DNA from: the human T2T-CHM13v2.0 reference genome, Homo sapiens
Strand: one strand, 5' to 3'
Assembly (NCBI RefSeq): GCF_009914755.1
Contig: NC_060940.1
DNA length: 64,000 nucleotides
Position 1 is the stretch's first letter. Every line of letters begins with the position of its first letter. A program made the translations under genes and the position numbers. The notes under the pieces were generated by a model that saw only the letters and a program-made list of their open reading frames with translations, did not search any database and was not told the origin of the DNA. This document shows, in pieces, positions 53,498-64,000 of the stretch.

Positions 53498-55772
53498 ATG
53501 GGTATTCAGTAATTGATAGGGAAACTCTTGTAGAAGCAGAGTTAGAAAAATTGCCTAATAATTGGTCTGCTCAAACATGTGAGCTGTTTGTACTCAGCCA
53601 AGCCTTAAAGTACAAAGCCAGGAAGGAACCATCTATACCAATTCTAAGTTAGTTTAGACTAAACAAGGTCTTATAGACAGCAAAAGATAATGGAAATCCC
53701 AAACTTACAAGGGTTTAAACAAAAGTAAAATTTGCTAAAAGTTAACGGTGTAACATGTATTATCCTAACTTCTAGTCTTGTGGCCTTCCTTATGTCTAGT
53801 CCATAGACATAAAGGAAGTTCCCTTTGGAAAAGTGGTTATCTTCAAAATATAAATAAATAAATTACTCTATCTCAATCCTGACTCAAAACATTGCCTACA
53901 TCCTCTCTGAAATGAATTTGCATAAGAACAGTTGTTTATGGGAGTGCATCTTGATGGGGAAGCTGGGTTGTTATGAAATACTCAGGAACCTAGCCCAGCT
54001 CTAGAACTCACCTCTGAGTGCAAAGGCAATGTTGGGTAAGCTGGTAAAGGACCACTAGAATCCAGCAGCCCATACCCCTTTCTTTGTGGTCAAGAAAGGT
54101 GGGAAAACAGGTGCAGGACTGCTACATTGGTGAGCATAACTAATCTGATAAGCAGAGGTCCATGGGTGGTTATGCACCCTGGAAAGGAAGAAGTATTAGG
54201 ACTATAGAGGATGCTCTAGGACTAATACTCATCAGAAAATGACTAGGGGTGCTGTCATCCCTATGTTCTTTTTTCAGATGGGAAACGTTCCCCCCAAGGC
54301 AAAAACACCCCTAAGATGTATTCTGGAGAATTCAGGCCAGTCAGAGTGTATGTACCTTTTTCCCTCTCAGACTTGAAACAAATTAAAATAGACCTAGCTA
54401 AATTCTCAGATAACCCTGATGGCTACATTGATGTTTTACGAGGGTTGGGACAATTATTTGATCTCACATGGATAGATATAATATTACTGCTAAATCAGAC
54501 ACTAACTCCAAATGAGAGAAGTGCCGCCATTACTGCAGCCTGAGAGTTTGGTGATCTCTGGTATCTCAGTCAGGTCAATGATAGGATGACAACAGAGGAA
54601 AGAGAACAATTCCCCACAGGCCAGCAGGCAGTTCCCAGTGTAGACCCTCATTGGGACGCAGAATCAGAACATGGAGATTGGTGCTGCAGACATTTGCTAA
54701 CTTGCATGCTGGAAGGACTAAGGAAAACTAGGAAGAAGGCTATGAATTATTCAATGATGTCCACTATAATACAAGGAAAGGAAGAAAATCCTACTGCTCT
54801 TCTGGAGAGACAAAGGGAGGCATTGAGGAAGCATACCTCTCTGTCACCTGACTCTACTGAAGGCTAACTAATCTTAAAGGATAAGTTTATCACTCAGTCA
54901 GCTGCAGACATTAGAAAAACTTCAAAAGTCTGCCTTAGGCCTGGAGCAAAACTTAGAAACCCTATTGAACTTGGCAACCTCAGTTTTTTATAATAGAGAT
55001 CAGGAGTAGCAGGTGGAATGGAACAAACAGGATTAAAAATGAAAAAAAAACACCACTTTAGTCACAGCCTTCAGGCAAGTGAACTTTGGAGGCTCTGAAA
55101 AAGGAAAAGGCTGGGCAAATCAAATGCCTAATAGGGCCTGCTTCCAGTGCAGTCTACAAGGACACTTTTAAAAAGATTGTCTGAATAGAAATAAGCCACC
55201 CCCTTGTCCATGCCCCTTATGTCAAGGGAATGACTGGAAGGCCCACTGCCCGAGGGGACGAAGGTCATCTGAGTCAGAAGCCACTAACCAGATGATCCAG
55301 CAGCAGGACTGAGGGTGCCCAGGGCAAATGCCAGCCCATGCCATCACCCTCCCTAGGTATGCTTGACCATTGAGGGCCAGGGGGTTAACTGTCTCCTGGA
55401 CACTGGCACGGCCTTCTCAGTCTTACCCTCCTGTCCCAGACAACTGTCCTCCAGATCTGTCACTATCCAAGGGGTCCAAGAACAGACAGTCACTAGATAC
55501 TTCTCCCAGCCACTAAGTTGTGACTGGGGAACTTTACTCTTTTCACATGTCTTTCTAATTATGCCTGAAAGCCCCACTCCTTTGTTAGGGAGAGACATCC
55601 TAGCAAAAGCAGGGGCCATTATACACTAGAATTAGGAGAAGGAAAAAGGGTAAATATATATACAGACTCTAACTATGCTTACCTAGTCCTCCATGCCCAC
55701 ACAGCAATATGGAGAGAAAGGGAATTCCTAACTTCTGAGGGAACACCTATCAAACATCAGGAAGCCATTAGG
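51505..55772 (+). mobile_element. HERV-W (HERV17)-like internal sequence: leader, deleted gag, protease and RNase H fragment
   Basis: MGNVPPKAKTPLRCILEN at 54278; capsid VYVPFSLSDLKQIKIDLAKFSDNPDGYIDVL; protease CLLDTGTAFSVL; RNase H VNIYTDSNYAYLVLHAH. Confidence 0.8.
51930..53057 (-). mobile_element. LTR12 (52291-53057) plus HERV9 PBS and leader fragment
   Basis: Tandem gtgctgattggtgcatttacaatcctttagctagacacag repeats; LTR termini TGAGAG...GACACA; PBS tttggcaaccac (Arg-like) on the minus strand. Confidence 0.88.
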
Positions 55773-58066
55773 CCCCAAAATTCTCCTTACCTCTGAATAT
55801 ACTTCCTCCAATTCCTGCCTAAAGATAATTTTATGGGGAAGAGCATTTGCTTGTGTCTCTCCAGGTGACAATCAGGTGCCTATGTGGGTGCCCACCAAAC
55901 ATCTGAAGATCTATCATGAGCCACAGCATATAGTGGACCCAAACTGAAGGTTTGAAAAGCCTCAATTTCCTTTCCCTCTGCCTTCTGTTAGAAGGTGCCT
56001 GTTTCTCATTATCAGTGGCCTCCTGGCTACAGACACAAAAGTTTTTGCTTCTGTTTCAGTAGATTTACTAACATGGAGGTGAGGGTATGCTTGTGTTTTT
56101 GCAGGAGATAAATGAACCATGTGGATGCCCTCAAGATGTGCATGACCATGGAATGGGAGACTGGAGGGACACTTGGATTAAAACCTTGGACCGGGTTCGC
56201 CCAGTATGAGCCATGAGCCAGCTGAACCTGAATGCAAAGAAGGAATGAAGACCGACTAGAGTCATGCATGCTTAATGGACCAATGCGTCCTGACTCAGCT
56301 CTTTTCTACCTGAATACAAGAGACCCTAATAGTTAGGCAGGAATATCATCACCTCTATTCAGCATGAAGTTACAGAAGATAGACCTTCATCCTTCTGTAA
56401 CCCCTAGGATTAAGGGTCCTCTTGTAAAAGGGAAAGGGGAGATATGTGGGAAGCATTCAAACCAGAGTGACTCCAGTTTGAATAAGGGCTAAGAAAAATG
56501 AAGCTGGATGACCAACTGGCAATTCAAGCCTTCACAGCCTGCAATTGCCTTCTCAATTAAAAGAGGCCAACTTTTATGCTACTAATTACGATATCTAGTA
56601 ATAATGATAGTAATAATGACATTTCTCTTTTACAAAAAAGAGAAAGGGGGCATGTTGGGAAAAAGCTGAATATTGGGAAGAAAACTGAGGCAGGGCTTGC
56701 ATGTCTGACATAATGTCCTCTGGAATGTGTCTAGACTTTCTGGCTCCTTGCTTCTAGCCTTCCTAGTCTCCTAGATCCATTGTATTCCCATTATCACAAG
56801 TAGCAGAACACGTTCCTTATAAATGCTAAACTATCACAGCTGTTCATCATGCACCTGCCCTTTTGACCTCCTCATTCTCACCACCTGTTCCTTTGTTGGA
56901 TTACCAATAAATAGCATGGGCTCCCAGAGCTCAGGAACTTTGCAGCCTCCACAGTCGCGATGGCCCCCTGCTCCCACTTTACTTCTCAAATTGTCTTTTT
57001 CTCAATCCTTTGACTCTGCCGGACTTCATTACCCCCACCACCTGGTGTTGGGCCTGATAACCCCAACATTTCTATGCCTTTCTCATATCCAGGAGAGACT
57101 GAGAATCTGACAACTTTAAAAGTCTGAAAAGAAACATTTACCATCTATTCTCTCTGAAGGAGTCTTCATGTACCTAACAAGGCCAGCTTTGCTAGCTAAT
57201 ATTCTTCTTTTCTCTCTCTCTTAACCTTTCTTGCCACTCAACCTGATTTACCAACATAACCTGTTTCTGGCCATGCTCTCAGTCTGCATTCTTTACTGTA
57301 GCCTCAGGATGGTAATGTAAACCAAAAATGAAATTTTAAGCAGCCCCAGCCAACAGAATGGACCCCTCCTCTCAGTCAATTGCATTCCAAAGTTATCCTA
57401 AGACAAGAGGTCAGGCCATGATGGAAATGGGTGGTTGGATGTACCTCATTATACCCTCCTTCCTTTGGAATTCAGGCAAAACTAACCAGCATTAACATTA
57501 AAACAGAGACCTTAAGATAATTTATTATCTCTGAAGCCTGCACCTGGAAGCTTCATCTGCATAATAAAAACTTTTATTTCTACAATCCTTTATCCTAACC
57601 CTCTCTTTTATTGATTCCAGGTCTTTAGATAAACTCAACCAACTGCCAATCAGAAAATCCTTCTATGACCTGGAAGCCTCTGCTTTGAGTTGTTCCACCT
57701 TTCTGGACCAAACCAATATACACCTTACGTGTATTAATTGATGTCTTATGTTTCCCTAAAAATATAAAACCAAGCTGTAGACCAATCACCTTGGGCACAT
57801 GTTCTCAAGATCTGCTGAGGCTGTGTCACAGGCATGTCTTTAACCTTGGCAAAATAACCTCTAAATTGATTGAGACTTATCTCAGTATTGGTTTGTAGTA
57901 TGAAAATTTCTGTAAATCCTCGAGAAGTTGGGGTTTCATTCTGAAGGCTCCCATGTATACATGTTAAATAAATTTGCAATCTTTCTCTCCTGTTAATCAA
58001 TCTGGCTCATGTCAGTGATTTTATAGTGAACCTTTAGGGGTCCAAGAGCCTATGGCCCTCACAGAA

Positions 58067-61465
<3,399 letters not shown>

Positions 61466-61466
61466 T

Positions 61467-64000
<2,534 letters not shown>

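Larger units (their letters stand above)
50271..57068 (+). mobile_element. HERV-K class II provirus, probably HERV-K14/HML-1, with LTRs at 50271-50686 and 56653-57068
   Basis: Two similar ~416-bp TG...CA LTRs; PBS tgggtgcccaatgtgggg (tRNA-Lys-like); betaretroviral matrix MGQSESRHSAYLNILRHVLRRVGVKVS...FCPWF; integrase C-terminal remnant near 55820-55920; polypurine tract before the 3' LTR. Confidence 0.85.
50098..58063 (+). mobile_element. Older ERV1 LTR (MER34/MER4-group-like) split into pieces (50098-50270, 57069-57315, 57898-58063) by later insertions
   Basis: LTR-type sequence resumes on each side of the HERV-K provirus and of a MER4-type LTR at 57316-57897. Confidence 0.55.

Overview
Primate, almost certainly human, genomic DNA from the medium-chain acyl-CoA synthetase (ACSM) cluster, which I place at 16p12.3 from remembered protein sequences. 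From left to right: (1) 1.3-16.1 kb holds a minus-strand unprocessed ACSM5-like pseudogene (ACSM5P1) with eight recognisable coding exons, one missing exon, a dead splice donor, a P-loop K>E change and a 1-bp frameshift. (2) 16.7-30 kb holds a decayed multi-exon NPIP/morpheus-like gene that the ORF track mostly misses: a signal-peptide exon, homologs of exons 3-7 plus three extra phase-compatible exons on the minus strand, an exon-2 homolog displaced onto the plus strand, and a 5.2-kb GGCT/GAGAGGCT-based repeat where NPIP has its coding VNTR exon. (3) 32.2-49.5 kb holds the last seven coding exons of ACSM1 (minus strand), whose penultimate exon matches the MVKLSIVLTPQF first exon of NPIPB. (4) 48.7-64 kb is a dense nest of ERV and L1 sequence: MER4-group LTRs, a HERV-K14/HERV-W hybrid provirus carrying an inserted LTR12/HERV9 piece, MER4-int and L1PA. 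The main finding is that this looks like the ancestral or sister locus of the NPIP core duplicon next to its ACSM1 exon donor. Exon numbers are by analogy to the 14-exon ACSM layout. All homology and repeat-family calls come from memory and by-eye translation, not from searches.
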